Assembly (NCBI GenBank): GCA_001791305.1
Contig: MGEI01000003.1
Coordinates: 112,872-176,871 of the forward strand
DNA from: Candidatus Uhrbacteria bacterium RIFCSPLOWO2_01_FULL_47_17
GTDB taxonomy: Bacteria; Patescibacteriota; Patescibacteriia; UBA9934; GWF2-40-263
DNA: 64,000 nucleotides
Direction of reading: 5' to 3'
This document shows positions 19,592 to 29,210 of this stretch, one piece after another (within the stretch, counting starts at the first letter, position 1; the number at the start of each line of letters is the position of its first letter). The notes under the pieces are model-generated. The model saw only the letters and a program-made list of their open reading frames with translations, was not told the origin of the DNA and searched no databases. Made by a program: the position numbers and the translations under genes.

Positions 19592-19756
19592 ATGACCTGT
19601 CCAAAATCTGGCTGTGGGTACGAAATGTCCGTTCAGAGTAGAGATTCTTCAACGGATTCAAACGGAAAGCCAATCGAGCGTGTGAAATACACGTGTTCTT
19701 ATGACAAGACACGCGTTGTTGCCGAAATTCCAAAAGACGAAGAAGCGTCATCGTAA
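19592..19756 (+). CDS. Small hypothetical protein, possible zinc ribbon (54 aa)
   Basis: MTCPKSGCGYEM...YTCSYD; sits between secA and the cupin gene. Confidence 0.55.
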   Translation: MTCPKSGCGYEMSVQSRDSSTDSNGKPIERVKYTCSYDKTRVVAEIPKDEEASS

Positions 19757-19759
19757 AGT

Positions 19760-20029
19760 ATGACCGAATCAGAATGGATCGTTGAATTGCAAAACAATGG
19801 GTATAACAACCTGTTGTTTTGGGATGCGATTCCATTCGAACGCGATGATGAACATGCCCATGACAGAGATCACAAGATGATTATTTTTTCTGGTGATGTT
19901 GAAGTCACGATTGGATACGAAACGGTTCACCTTGGCGCGCATGACTACTTTGAGATTCCACGAGGCACGAATCATATGGCCGTTGTTGGCGCGGAAGGAT
20001 GCAGATATCTCATTGCCGAACGGCTATAA
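19760..20029 (+). CDS. Cupin domain protein
   Basis: EHAHD...FSGDVEV...IPRGTNH cupin motifs. Confidence 0.85.
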   Translation: MTESEWIVELQNNGYNNLLFWDAIPFERDDEHAHDRDHKMIIFSGDVEVTIGYETVHLGAHDYFEIPRGTNHMAVVGAEGCRYLIAERL

Positions 20030-20110
20030 TCCCACTTCGCTCGGTGCGAGCTACGAGGGATGATTTCGTCGAACGAAATCAAAAAAAACCGTTCACAGAG
20101 TGTGAAACGG

Positions 20111-20749
20111 TTAGACGAATGCTTGGAGTTCCTCGAGTGAGGTGATGTGCTTGTGCACGTGTTCCGGAAAGAACGGTCTGTGAGATTGATCTTCTTCTGG
20201 GAACCATACCGTCGCCCAACCGAGTTGGTGGGGGACGACGAGGTTTTCTTCCCAGTCTTCAACCATGACAACACGATGTCCCTCTGCAATGCGCTGATAA
20301 CTCAGCGCATTTGGTTTTGCATGGAACACATCCGTACGCAATCCAAGGATCGCGTCAAAGAAGTGATGAATACCAAGCTTCTTTAAAAGGGCATGCGCAA
20401 ACGATTCCGGAGAGTTCGTCAGCACAATCTTTTTCCCCGGAAGATGCTGAATGCTCTGCGCTCCCGCTCGTAGCTCCACAACAAGGTTTCCGAGAATGGG
20501 CAAGTGTGTTTCTTCGATCACTTCTTCAAAGTCAAGCCGGAACTCATGAATGTAAGCGATCGTTGTCTGACGAGTCTGCCATTTTACTCGAAGCAGATCT
20601 TGTTCTGTTCGGTCGAAACGAACGGGGTGGCCGAGTCCATGAAGGTATCTCACCATTTCCTTTTCAATTTCGCCCCAAACATGATCAACGCCCGAATAGA
20701 GCGTGCCGTCCATATCGAAGACCCAAAGCATGTCCTGTTTGTCTTTCAT
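20111..20749 (-). CDS. HAD-superfamily hydrolase (pyrimidine 5'-nucleotidase-like)
   Basis: FDMDGTL, LTNS, AKP and VEDWEEN motifs; GAAGGAGG SD before ATG 20749. Confidence 0.85.
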   Translation of the reverse strand: MKDKQDMLWVFDMDGTLYSGVDHVWGEIEKEMVRYLHGLGHPVRFDRTEQDLLRVKWQTRQTTIAYIHEFRLDFEEVIEETHLPILGNLVVELRAGAQSIQHLPGKKIVLTNSPESFAHALLKKLGIHHFFDAILGLRTDVFHAKPNALSYQRIAEGHRVVMVEDWEENLVVPHQLGWATVWFPEEDQSHRPFFPEHVHKHITSLEELQAFV

Positions 20750-20777
20750 GATTTTGCCTCCTTCATGCAGACTGTTG

Positions 20778-20806
20778 AAAATACCTGAAAACTTCAGAAA
20801 AGTCAA
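20778..20806 (-). promoter_or_regulatory. Sigma70-type promoter TTGACT-N17-TATTTT
   Basis: Read on the minus strand upstream of the HAD gene. Confidence 0.6.
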
Positions 20807-20906
20807 TATCTTTGCTTTTGACCTTGAAACTTGTCCACTTGCGTTTGATTCCAAAATCCCTTATTATCCTTGCGATTATTAAGCGGCAGGATGTCGCACA
20901 TAACGT

Positions 20907-22979
20907 ATGCAAACTTGGAAAACAAAACGGAAGTCACAGAATGCACAGAAAATTCATAAGCCATGGAAAGCACGTGTTGCTGCCATCATTTTTCTCCTTG
21001 CGACGGTTGTCGTAGGATTTTATGATTTTCCACAGGCTTGGAATCAAACAGCTGGATTTTTAAAAGATAAAGTTCATGTTTCTTTGCCAACACTGAATGA
21101 ACACGCGTATCGTCTTGGACTTGATTTGCAAGGCGGAACACACCTTGTGTATGAAGCCGACATGAAAGAGATTCCAGAAGCTGATCGTGCGGATGCCCTT
21201 GCGGGTGTGCGTGATGTCATTGAACGTCGCGTGAACGCATTCGGAGTTTCGGAACCGCTTGTGCAAACCACCTCAACAGGTGGGGCGTATCGTGTGGTTG
21301 TGGAACTCGCGGGTGTTTTAGATGTCTCAGAAGCGATTCAACAAATTGGTGAAACGCCTGTCCTTGAGTTTAAGGAACAGGGTTCTGAACTTGATACCAA
21401 ACCAACACCAGCGGATGACAAAAAACTCGTAGAGTTACAAAAAGCAGATCGTGCGGCTGCACAAGCCGTGTTGCTTCGTGCACAAAAAGGAGAAAACTTC
21501 GACGAGCTTGTTGAAGAGTTCAGCATTGAATCAACAAAAGCAGAAACAAAAGGAATGATTTTAAAAATGACCGCAGAATCTACGCAGTATCCAGCCATTG
21601 CAAAAGCTGTCACGCAATACAACCCAAAACCTGGAACCGTTTTTTGGAAAACGGTTGAGCAAGGCAGTTCCATGGAGATTTTTAAAGTGACAGAGAAGAC
21701 AACCGCAAATAACATGCGTCTTTCACACATCCTGATTTGTTTTGAAGGAAAACAAGGATGTTCAAAAGAAACAACCGCGATGGAAGCAAATATTCAGATC
21801 TCAAAATTGAAAAAAGAAGCAACCCCACAAAACTTCAGTGATCTTGCAAAAGCAAATTCAACAGATCCAAGCGCGGCAACAAATGGGGGAGATCTTGGCT
21901 TCGCAACCTCAAATAAATACGTTCCAGCATTCGCTCTTGCCGCGGAAACTCTTGAGGTTGGAAAAATTTCCGACGTTGTTGAAACAGATTTTGGATATCA
22001 CTTGATTTATAAGCAAGATCAAACTGCTATTCCAGCTTACAATGTTCAGCACATCACCATGAAGCTTTCCAGCATGACAGATGTTTTGCCTCCTGCTTCT
22101 CCTTGGAAAAACACAGGTCTTTCTGGAAAGCAGTTAAAAAATGCGGTCGTTGAATTTGATCAAAATTCAGGAAACCCACATGTTTCTATTGCCTTTGATA
22201 ATGAAGGGGGAGAATTGTTTGGGAAATTAACAGCAGCAAACATCGGGAAGCCTATTGCCATTTTCTTGGATGGAACAGCCATCTCAACGCCTGTTGTGCA
22301 AGCGGCAATTTATGGTGGAACAGCCGTCATTACAGGTAACTTCGATTTGGATGAAGCAAAAATTCTTGCACAACGTTTGAATGCAGGTGCGCTTCCTGTT
22401 CCTGTCACATTGCTTTCTCAACAGACGATTGGTCCGACCCTTGGAGCATTGTCTTTGCAAAAAAGCATCATTGCGGCTCTCATTGGATTCGCCCTTGTTG
22501 CTGGGTACATGATTGCCTATTACCGCCTTGCAGGATTGTTTTCCGTCATCGCCCTTATTTTGTACGCGTTTTTGAACTTGGTGGTTTATCGCGTTTTTGA
22601 CGTGACCATTACGCTTTCCGGAATCGCTGGATTCATCTTGTCTCTTGGAATGGCTGTGGACGCAAACGTGCTCATTATTGAGCGTATGAAAGAAGAGATC
22701 GCGTCCGGCAGAGATTTACTTTCATCGATTCATGAAGGATTTGCTCGCGCATGGCCGGCCATTCGGGACGGAAACGTTTCCACACTTGTGGTTGCGCTTG
22801 TCCTTTATGTGTTCAGCGCAAGCTTCATCAAAGGATTTGCCCTCATGCTTGGAATCGGTGTGGTCATCAGTTTGTTTACTGCAATTACCGCAACACGTAT
22901 TTACATGATCACCGCATTTCCAAAACAGGCAGTAAAAATGTCTTGGTTGTCCGGTCTCCCTAAATCAAAAAAAGTATGA
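20907..22979 (+). CDS. secD: Protein translocase subunit SecD with inserted parvulin-type PPIase region
   Basis: LGLDLQGG, RVNAFGVSEP, LNAGALP, GMAVDANVLIIER; insert has SHILI, NGGDLGF, VETDFGYHLI. Confidence 0.95.
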   Translation: MQTWKTKRKSQNAQKIHKPWKARVAAIIFLLATVVVGFYDFPQAWNQTAGFLKDKVHVSLPTLNEHAYRLGLDLQGGTHLVYEADMKEIPEADRADALAGVRDVIERRVNAFGVSEPLVQTTSTGGAYRVVVELAGVLDVSEAIQQIGETPVLEFKEQGSELDTKPTPADDKKLVELQKADRAAAQAVLLRAQKGENFDELVEEFSIESTKAETKGMILKMTAESTQYPAIAKAVTQYNPKPGTVFWKTVEQGSSMEIFKVTEKTTANNMRLSHILICFEGKQGCSKETTAMEANIQISKLKKEATPQNFSDLAKANSTDPSAATNGGDLGFATSNKYVPAFALAAETLEVGKISDVVETDFGYHLIYKQDQTAIPAYNVQHITMKLSSMTDVLPPASPWKNTGLSGKQLKNAVVEFDQNSGNPHVSIAFDNEGGELFGKLTAANIGKPIAIFLDGTAISTPVVQAAIYGGTAVITGNFDLDEAKILAQRLNAGALPVPVTLLSQQTIGPTLGALSLQKSIIAALIGFALVAGYMIAYYRLAGLFSVIALILYAFLNLVVYRVFDVTITLSGIAGFILSLGMAVDANVLIIERMKEEIASGRDLLSSIHEGFARAWPAIRDGNVSTLVVALVLYVFSASFIKGFALMLGIGVVISLFTAITATRIYMITAFPKQAVKMSWLSGLPKSKKV

Positions 22980-23863
22980 AATTAAACATTGTTAAACATC
23001 GCAAAGGCTGGTACATCGTTTCGGCAGTTTTGATGGCTGTGAGTCTTCTTGCCCTCATTGGGTTCGGACTCAAACCTGGAATTGATTTTACGGGCGGAGC
23101 GTTGCTTGAGGTCGCCATTGAATCAAAACCCTCTCACGGACAACTTCAAGAAACTCTTGCAGCATCTGGTCACAAGGAAGCGATTGTCCAAGTTTCAAAC
23201 GACAGCGTTCTTGTTCGAACGGTTCCGCTCACAGAGGAACAACACCAAAATATTCTTGCGTCTTTTGAAAAAGCATTTGGAAAGACCACGGAACTTAAAT
23301 TTGATTCGATTGGCCCCGTGATTGGAAATGAACTGCGTCGCACGGCGTTCCTGGCGATTTTCGCAAGTTTGGTTCTGATCGGTGCGTACATTTCCTGGGC
23401 GTTTCGCGGGGCAGGAGATTTTATTTCCTCAAAAAAAATCGCCTTGCTTACCGTCATTAAAACCGTGCACGATGTTTTTATCTCCGTCGGTGCATACGCC
23501 ATTTTAGGATATTTCTTCGGCTACGAAATGGACACCGCGTTTGTTGCAGCCACACTGACCATTCTCGGATATTCCATCAATGATGGTGTCGTGGTTCTTG
23601 ATCGCACACGCGAAAATCTTAAGAAGAGAATTTCATCTCACTTAAGCGAGGTTGTGGATGTTTCCATTGAACAAACGCTCGCGCGTTCCATCAACACATC
23701 TGTGACGGTGTTTCTCGCCCTCCTTGCCGTCTTCCTTTTTGGAGGAGAAACCACACGACCGTTTGCTATGTTACTTTTGATCGGTGTCGCCGTCGGAACA
23801 TACTCATCCGTGTTCATCGCCTCGCCCGCGCTTGTCACCCTTGAGAAGTGGGGAAAGAAATAA
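22976..23863 (+). CDS. secF: Protein translocase subunit SecF
   Basis: GIDFTGG, IGPVIGNEL, GYSINDGVVVLDRTREN. Confidence 0.96.
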   Translation: MKLNIVKHRKGWYIVSAVLMAVSLLALIGFGLKPGIDFTGGALLEVAIESKPSHGQLQETLAASGHKEAIVQVSNDSVLVRTVPLTEEQHQNILASFEKAFGKTTELKFDSIGPVIGNELRRTAFLAIFASLVLIGAYISWAFRGAGDFISSKKIALLTVIKTVHDVFISVGAYAILGYFFGYEMDTAFVAATLTILGYSINDGVVVLDRTRENLKKRISSHLSEVVDVSIEQTLARSINTSVTVFLALLAVFLFGGETTRPFAMLLLIGVAVGTYSSVFIASPALVTLEKWGKK

Positions 23864-23934
23864 GATGAAAGAGAATCTGAAAAGATTCTCTTTTGTTTTG
23901 ATACGGAATATTTTCTGCTATACTGTATGCATCT

Positions 23935-25566
23935 ATGTTACCCTTGCTTGCGATTCAGATCATCCAAGAATCCGCGCAATCATCTGCTTCGTTGATTCCA
24001 CTCGATTTCTTCAATCAACCGATTGATGTGATTTTTTTTAATCTGTTGTTGTGGTTTGGATGGATCCCTGTTCTCACAACACTTTTGTGGGGATTTTCAG
24101 AGCTGTGGCTCATGGAACGTCAAGCAGAGTTTGCCGCAAAGCAAAAATATATTTGTCTTGCGGTGGATGTTCCGTCCATGACAGAACAAACACCAAAGGC
24201 GCTCGAAAACTTATTTTCCGTTTTATACGCGGCAAAATCAACCCCAACGTTTAAAGAAAAGTGGTTCGATGGCAAATTCATGCCAACGTTTTCTTTTGAG
24301 ATTGTTTCAGAAGAAGGCTACATGCAATTTATTATCCGCACACAGGCAAAGTTTCGAGATGTGATTGAAGCTGGAATTTACGCGCAGTATCCAGATGCAG
24401 AGTTGAATGAGGTTGATGACTATGTCACAAAAATCCCAAAAATCTTTCCTGATGAGAAATATGACATGTGGGGCGCAGAGTTCACGCTCGACAAGCCCTC
24501 GCATTTTCCCATTCGTACTTACGTTGACTTTGAAGACCAAATGACGGGAGAAATTAAAGATCCGCTCGGTTACACCTTGGAACAGATGTCCAAAATGAAA
24601 CCCGGTGAGCATTTTTGGTTTCAACTTGTCATTCAGCCTACGGGAAATGAGTGGAAAAAAGCAGGAATTACACACGTGAACAAAACATTCGGTGTGGAAG
24701 AAAAAGCGGCAGCGAAAAGCGATATTGCGGCGGCAGCAGGAACCATGTTTAAACTTCCGTTTGAATTGATTGAACACGCAACTGCTGTAGATCTTGCGCC
24801 TATTTTTGGCATGGCCTCTGCAGAAAAAAAAGTAGAAGATCCATGGAAAGCCTTCAAGCTTGGCCCTGCTCAGCAAGATGAAGCAAAAGCGATCATGCGA
24901 AAAACCATTAAGGTTGGACATGCGGTAAAAATTCGTATTGTGTATTGTGCACAGAAACCTGTGTACAAGAAAGGGGATCGCGTGACCATGATTAAAGGTA
25001 TTTTGAATCAGTACTCTCATTTGAATTTGAATTCGTTCAAGATGCATGCCGCATCTGTTCCAAAAGACGATTATTTTTGGCAGAAATGGGATTATGAGAA
25101 AAAACAAGGCACTCTCATGAAGGCGTATCAAGGGCGTAGCTGGGGAATCGGGGCGAACCCCGTTTACTTGAACGCAGAAGAACTTGCAACGCTTTGGCAC
25201 TTTCCAACCATTAGCATTAAAGCGCCGCTCATCAAAAAAGCAGAAGCTCGTCGCGCAGAACCTCCTGTTGGACTTCCTATTACATTTCTCGAAAACACAT
25301 TGCCTGGTGTTGGCGATAATGAATTTCCGCTTCCGGGTGGAATGCCCATGGAACATCATGAGTCCGCGGAGTCGCGTGAGGCAGGAACGTTTGCAAACGT
25401 GAAAGAACCACTCCCAGAAACATTGCCACACCTGAAAGCACCAACAGACCAAGAGCATGAAGATACAGGTGAGGCACTCCTTCCAAAGAGTCGATTTATG
25501 AATGACACATCTCCCGCAGATGCGTCCGACGAAGATTTATTTACTCCACCCGATTTGCCAGTTTGA
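23935..25566 (+). CDS. Membrane-anchored hypothetical protein, partner of the downstream ATPase
   Basis: N-terminal TM, FSFEIVS, IYAQYPDAEL..VDDY, LNAEELATLWHFP; recalled as typical of CPR genes next to DUF87 ATPases. Confidence 0.7.
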   Translation: MLPLLAIQIIQESAQSSASLIPLDFFNQPIDVIFFNLLLWFGWIPVLTTLLWGFSELWLMERQAEFAAKQKYICLAVDVPSMTEQTPKALENLFSVLYAAKSTPTFKEKWFDGKFMPTFSFEIVSEEGYMQFIIRTQAKFRDVIEAGIYAQYPDAELNEVDDYVTKIPKIFPDEKYDMWGAEFTLDKPSHFPIRTYVDFEDQMTGEIKDPLGYTLEQMSKMKPGEHFWFQLVIQPTGNEWKKAGITHVNKTFGVEEKAAAKSDIAAAAGTMFKLPFELIEHATAVDLAPIFGMASAEKKVEDPWKAFKLGPAQQDEAKAIMRKTIKVGHAVKIRIVYCAQKPVYKKGDRVTMIKGILNQYSHLNLNSFKMHAASVPKDDYFWQKWDYEKKQGTLMKAYQGRSWGIGANPVYLNAEELATLWHFPTISIKAPLIKKAEARRAEPPVGLPITFLENTLPGVGDNEFPLPGGMPMEHHESAESREAGTFANVKEPLPETLPHLKAPTDQEHEDTGEALLPKSRFMNDTSPADASDEDLFTPPDLPV

Positions 25567-25581
25567 TCCTTACTTTCCGCT

Positions 25582-27990
25582 ATGGGCTATAATCACGATC
25601 ATGAAAATGAGGTCAACTATTTTGCGAAAACCAACTTTCGCAATCAGATGACAAAATTTGGTATCAAAACCGACGATCGCCGTCGACATGTGTATGTGAT
25701 TGGAAAAACAGGTATGGGAAAGACGGTTCTTCTTGAGAATCTCACGCTTTCCGATATTTACGCAGGACATGGGTGCTGTTATGTAGATCCACACGGAGAT
25801 ACAGCGGAGAAGTTGATTAACTATATTCCAAGCTGGCGTATTAATGATGTTGTGTATTTTAATCCGGCAGATGCAGAATATCCGGTTGGATTTAATATTC
25901 TTGAAGCCGTTTCCGAGAGACATAAGCACTTGGTGGCAAGTGGAATGATGGGAGTTTTTAAAAAGATTTGGGAAGACCAATGGTCGTCCCGCATGGAATA
26001 CATTTTGAACAACACAATCCTCGCGCTGCTCGACAATCAAGGATCAACATTGCTTGGAATCAACCGCATGTTGTCTGATGCAGAGTATCGTAAGCGCATT
26101 GTTGGAAATGTGACGGATCCGGTTGTGAAAACGTTTTGGTTGAAAGAGTTTGCCTCCTATAATGAAAAATACGCACAAGAAGCCGTGGCTCCGATTCAAA
26201 ACAAAATCGGACAGTTTTTGTCTGCATCCGTGATTCGTAACATTGTTGCGCAGGTAAAATCAAGTATCAACATTCGTGAAATCATGGACTCGGGAAAGAT
26301 TTTTATTGTGAACTTGTCAAAAGGACGTATCGGAGAAGACAGCTCACGTCTGCTTGGTGGACTTCTCATCACGAAATTGCAACTGTCCGCCATGGAACGT
26401 GTGGATCAGGATGAAAAGGAACGTTTGGATTTTTATTTGTATGTGGATGAGTTTCAAAACTTTGCGGTGGATTCGTTTGCGGGCATTTTGTCTGAGGCGC
26501 GTAAATACCGGTTGTGTTTAACCATCGCTCACCAGTATATCGCTCAGTTGACGGACGAGGTTCGCGAAGCGGTGTTTGGAAACGTTGGAACGATTATTTC
26601 GTTCCGTGTTGGTTCTCCGGACGCAAAATACATGGAAACAGAATTTGCTCCCCGTTTTTTGCCGGAGGATATTATTAATCTTCCGAAGTATAACGTGTAT
26701 CTCAAGTTATTGATTAACGGAGTGACAAGTCAACCGTTTTCCGCCATTACCCTTGCGCCTATTTCTCAAAAAACAGATTCGGAAGATCGTATCATTAAAG
26801 TTTCGCGTGAACGTTACGCAAAGGAACGCCACACGATCGAGGAACAGATTATGACCTGGAGCGGCATGGGGAATATGGACGTTGATACGCTTCTTGCAGA
26901 GGCGGAAGAAAAAAAGAAGTCCGATAAAGTTGCGGCAAAGGACGCAAAGAAACCAAAGTTTGAATACAATTGTTCGAGGTGCAACAAAGACATGGTGCTC
27001 CCTGTCGAGCTTGATCGATCACGTCCAATCTATTGTGAGGATTGTATTGAGATTGTGCGTGAGGAGAAAGCGAATAAAGGAGGAAAGGGCGGAAGCAAGC
27101 CAGCAGATACGCGTAATCTTCCGCCAAAGGTTCAACCAAAAGAAGCGCCACCTCGCACAACGAGCATGTCTGTAGGGGTGCCCCTCGTGGGTACTCATGC
27201 AGTTGATGATCACAAGTTACCCGACGAGCCAACCATTTCGCTTTCAACGTTGATGCCGAAGACGGATGTGGTTGTAGGGGTGCCCCTTGTGGGTACCCAT
27301 GCATCGGTTTCAGAAACGGAAAAACCAAAGCCAGTCGCACCTGCGCCTGTTGTTTCAAAACCGCAACCCGTTGTTGCACCCATTCCGCCTGCGCCTCGAC
27401 CGACACCACAAGTGCCGGTTCCCGTTCAGGTTGAGTCAAAACCTATTGTTGTACAAACACCTGTTGCGAACGTTTCGGAATCTCGCATCTCATTTGATGA
27501 ACCCGTACGCGCAGACTCGAATATCAGCCAGTCGAGGCCAGCGCCTGCCGTTCAAACATCGTCGGAACCAAAGCCCCAACCACCAGTTGTCACTCCTCGA
27601 CCATCAACACCACAACCTCCGCGACCGATGGGGAATTTGTCGCGTACTCCTTCGCAGTCATCAAATGAGGGACAGGGCGGAGAAGGCGGAAATGGCGGAG
27701 AGGGGGAGAAGCGTAAACGTAAACGTAAGCGCAAAAAATCCGGTGGGGCTGGATCTGTTACTGTTGAAAATACAGGAAATGTAAATCGAGAACGTGTTGT
27801 CTCACAACTCTCCCAACCTGGACAAACAATCACATTGAAATCATTACAAGAACAAAAACGTCCAGAGTCAAAACCTGTTGTGCCTCAAGCGCGTCCGATC
27901 GAGAATCCTGTCGAAAAGCCGGCAGAGAAACCGGTTTTGAAACCCGTCGCCGGAAAACTACACATTGGCCAAAGCATCAAATTCGAATAA
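25582..27990 (+). CDS. DUF87/TrwB/TraD-like (type IV coupling/HerA-FtsK) ATPase with CxxC-x17-CxxC domain and Pro-rich tail
   Basis: RRRHVYVIGKTGMGKT, VDPHGD, LYVDEFQNF, SEARKY; CSRC-x17-CEDC. Confidence 0.85.
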   Translation: MGYNHDHENEVNYFAKTNFRNQMTKFGIKTDDRRRHVYVIGKTGMGKTVLLENLTLSDIYAGHGCCYVDPHGDTAEKLINYIPSWRINDVVYFNPADAEYPVGFNILEAVSERHKHLVASGMMGVFKKIWEDQWSSRMEYILNNTILALLDNQGSTLLGINRMLSDAEYRKRIVGNVTDPVVKTFWLKEFASYNEKYAQEAVAPIQNKIGQFLSASVIRNIVAQVKSSINIREIMDSGKIFIVNLSKGRIGEDSSRLLGGLLITKLQLSAMERVDQDEKERLDFYLYVDEFQNFAVDSFAGILSEARKYRLCLTIAHQYIAQLTDEVREAVFGNVGTIISFRVGSPDAKYMETEFAPRFLPEDIINLPKYNVYLKLLINGVTSQPFSAITLAPISQKTDSEDRIIKVSRERYAKERHTIEEQIMTWSGMGNMDVDTLLAEAEEKKKSDKVAAKDAKKPKFEYNCSRCNKDMVLPVELDRSRPIYCEDCIEIVREEKANKGGKGGSKPADTRNLPPKVQPKEAPPRTTSMSVGVPLVGTHAVDDHKLPDEPTISLSTLMPKTDVVVGVPLVGTHASVSETEKPKPVAPAPVVSKPQPVVAPIPPAPRPTPQVPVPVQVESKPIVVQTPVANVSESRISFDEPVRADSNISQSRPAPAVQTSSEPKPQPPVVTPRPSTPQPPRPMGNLSRTPSQSSNEGQGGEGGNGGEGEKRKRKRKRKKSGGAGSVTVENTGNVNRERVVSQLSQPGQTITLKSLQEQKRPESKPVVPQARPIENPVEKPAEKPVLKPVAGKLHIGQSIKFE
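27172..27196 (+). repeat. GTAG-type REP, in-frame copy 1
   Basis: GTAGGGGTGCCCCTCGTGGGTACTC, translated VGVPLVGTH. Confidence 0.85.
27274..27298 (+). repeat. GTAG-type REP, in-frame copy 2
   Basis: GTAGGGGTGCCCCTTGTGGGTACCC, translated VGVPLVGTH. Confidence 0.85.
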
Positions 27991-28016
27991 TTCACGTCCG
28001 TGATTCATTCTCTTTT

Positions 28017-28673
28017 ATGAATACTGAACGCGTAATTTTGAAAACAGTAGATAACATCGAAATTGTTGGAATCTACCGAACGCCACCTGATGCAACGCAT
28101 GCAGCCATTTTGCTTCACATGATGCCTGCCACAAAAGAAAGCTGGGACGCATTTTCAACGGCACTCGAGGAGGTTGGATATGCATCTCTTGCGATCGACC
28201 TGCGTGGGCATGGCGAAAGTGTGATGCTCGGCGCACTTGATTACAAAAAATTTGATGATCCACAACATCAAGCAACATGGAATGACGTTGAAGTAGCGTT
28301 CAGTTATTTGAAAGAGCATGGTTTCAAAGAATCAGATATTGTGATGCTCGGCGCATCGATCGGCGCGAATCTTGCGATTCAAGCTCTTATGAATCATCCG
28401 GCAACCCCACTCGCAATCGCTCTTTCGCCAGGTGTTGATTATCATGGAGTAAAGACAGATATGGCGATTGCGAACATGCATGAACAACAACGTGTCGTTT
28501 TGATGGCAAGTGATGATGATCAGGAGTCGTATATCGATGTAAAGAAATTGCACGAGTTAAATAAGGAACAAACAACCGTGATTGAGAAGCACGGCGCTGG
28601 ACATGGAACGCGCATGTTCGAGAATGATTCGGCACTTATAAAGGAAATCATTTCGCTGCTCCCAGAGAAATAG
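28017..28673 (+). CDS. Alpha/beta hydrolase
   Basis: IDLRGHGES, GASIG nucleophile elbow, C-terminal GHGT. Confidence 0.9.
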   Translation: MNTERVILKTVDNIEIVGIYRTPPDATHAAILLHMMPATKESWDAFSTALEEVGYASLAIDLRGHGESVMLGALDYKKFDDPQHQATWNDVEVAFSYLKEHGFKESDIVMLGASIGANLAIQALMNHPATPLAIALSPGVDYHGVKTDMAIANMHEQQRVVLMASDDDQESYIDVKKLHELNKEQTTVIEKHGAGHGTRMFENDSALIKEIISLLPEK

Positions 28674-28685
28674 ATGAGGAGAATC

Positions 28686-28711
28686 AAAAAATCCGCTTGC
28701 ACGGATTTTTT
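28686..28711. terminator. Bidirectional terminator
   Basis: AAAAAATCCG-cttgca-CGGATTTTTT. Confidence 0.7.
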
Positions 28712-28724
28712 GATTACGCTTACG

Positions 28725-29132
28725 TTAGCGATGTTCTGTGCGAATCAAATCCCAGAAGTCATAAATGACAATGCCTCCGTACAAAAGAATGGAAAATCCA
28801 AAGAAGAGTCCAAAGAAAGATGGGTAGATGAGTTTGATGATGAGAATGATTGTTTCAAGCAAGAGGGCGATGAGAAACATGAAAATCGCTGTGGAACCGG
28901 TTGCGAGCCATTTGCCAAGTCGGTGATTGAGCTGGCTTTTTTCATACGTAAACTCAAAGTTTGCAAAGCACACCGTAACAAGAAACATACTGATCACAAG
29001 CAAAAAATTTCCCGTTTGGTCTAAGCTGATCTCATCAAGTGAGCTTTTTAAGAACGGATAAAAGAAAAGGGCGAACACAACAATAAGAATGTTCTTGATA
29101 ATATTTTCACGCAGATGTTGTTTGAGATTCAT
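28725..29132 (-). CDS. Hypothetical 4-TM membrane protein
   Basis: Hydrophobic 135-aa ORF with TGaTAGAAT 8 nt before ATG. Confidence 0.7.
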   Translation of the reverse strand: MNLKQHLRENIIKNILIVVFALFFYPFLKSSLDEISLDQTGNFLLVISMFLVTVCFANFEFTYEKSQLNHRLGKWLATGSTAIFMFLIALLLETIILIIKLIYPSFFGLFFGFSILLYGGIVIYDFWDLIRTEHR

Positions 29133-29210
29133 ACAGATTCATTCTATCATACGTCTTCAGAATGGGTGAGGCTTGATCAAGAGGGAAAAATCTGTTAGTC
29201 TGTTGATTCT

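Noticed and set aside
24307-25458. 383-aa antisense ORF
   Set aside because: Entirely antisense to a credible gene, with no motifs or expression signals; shadow ORF
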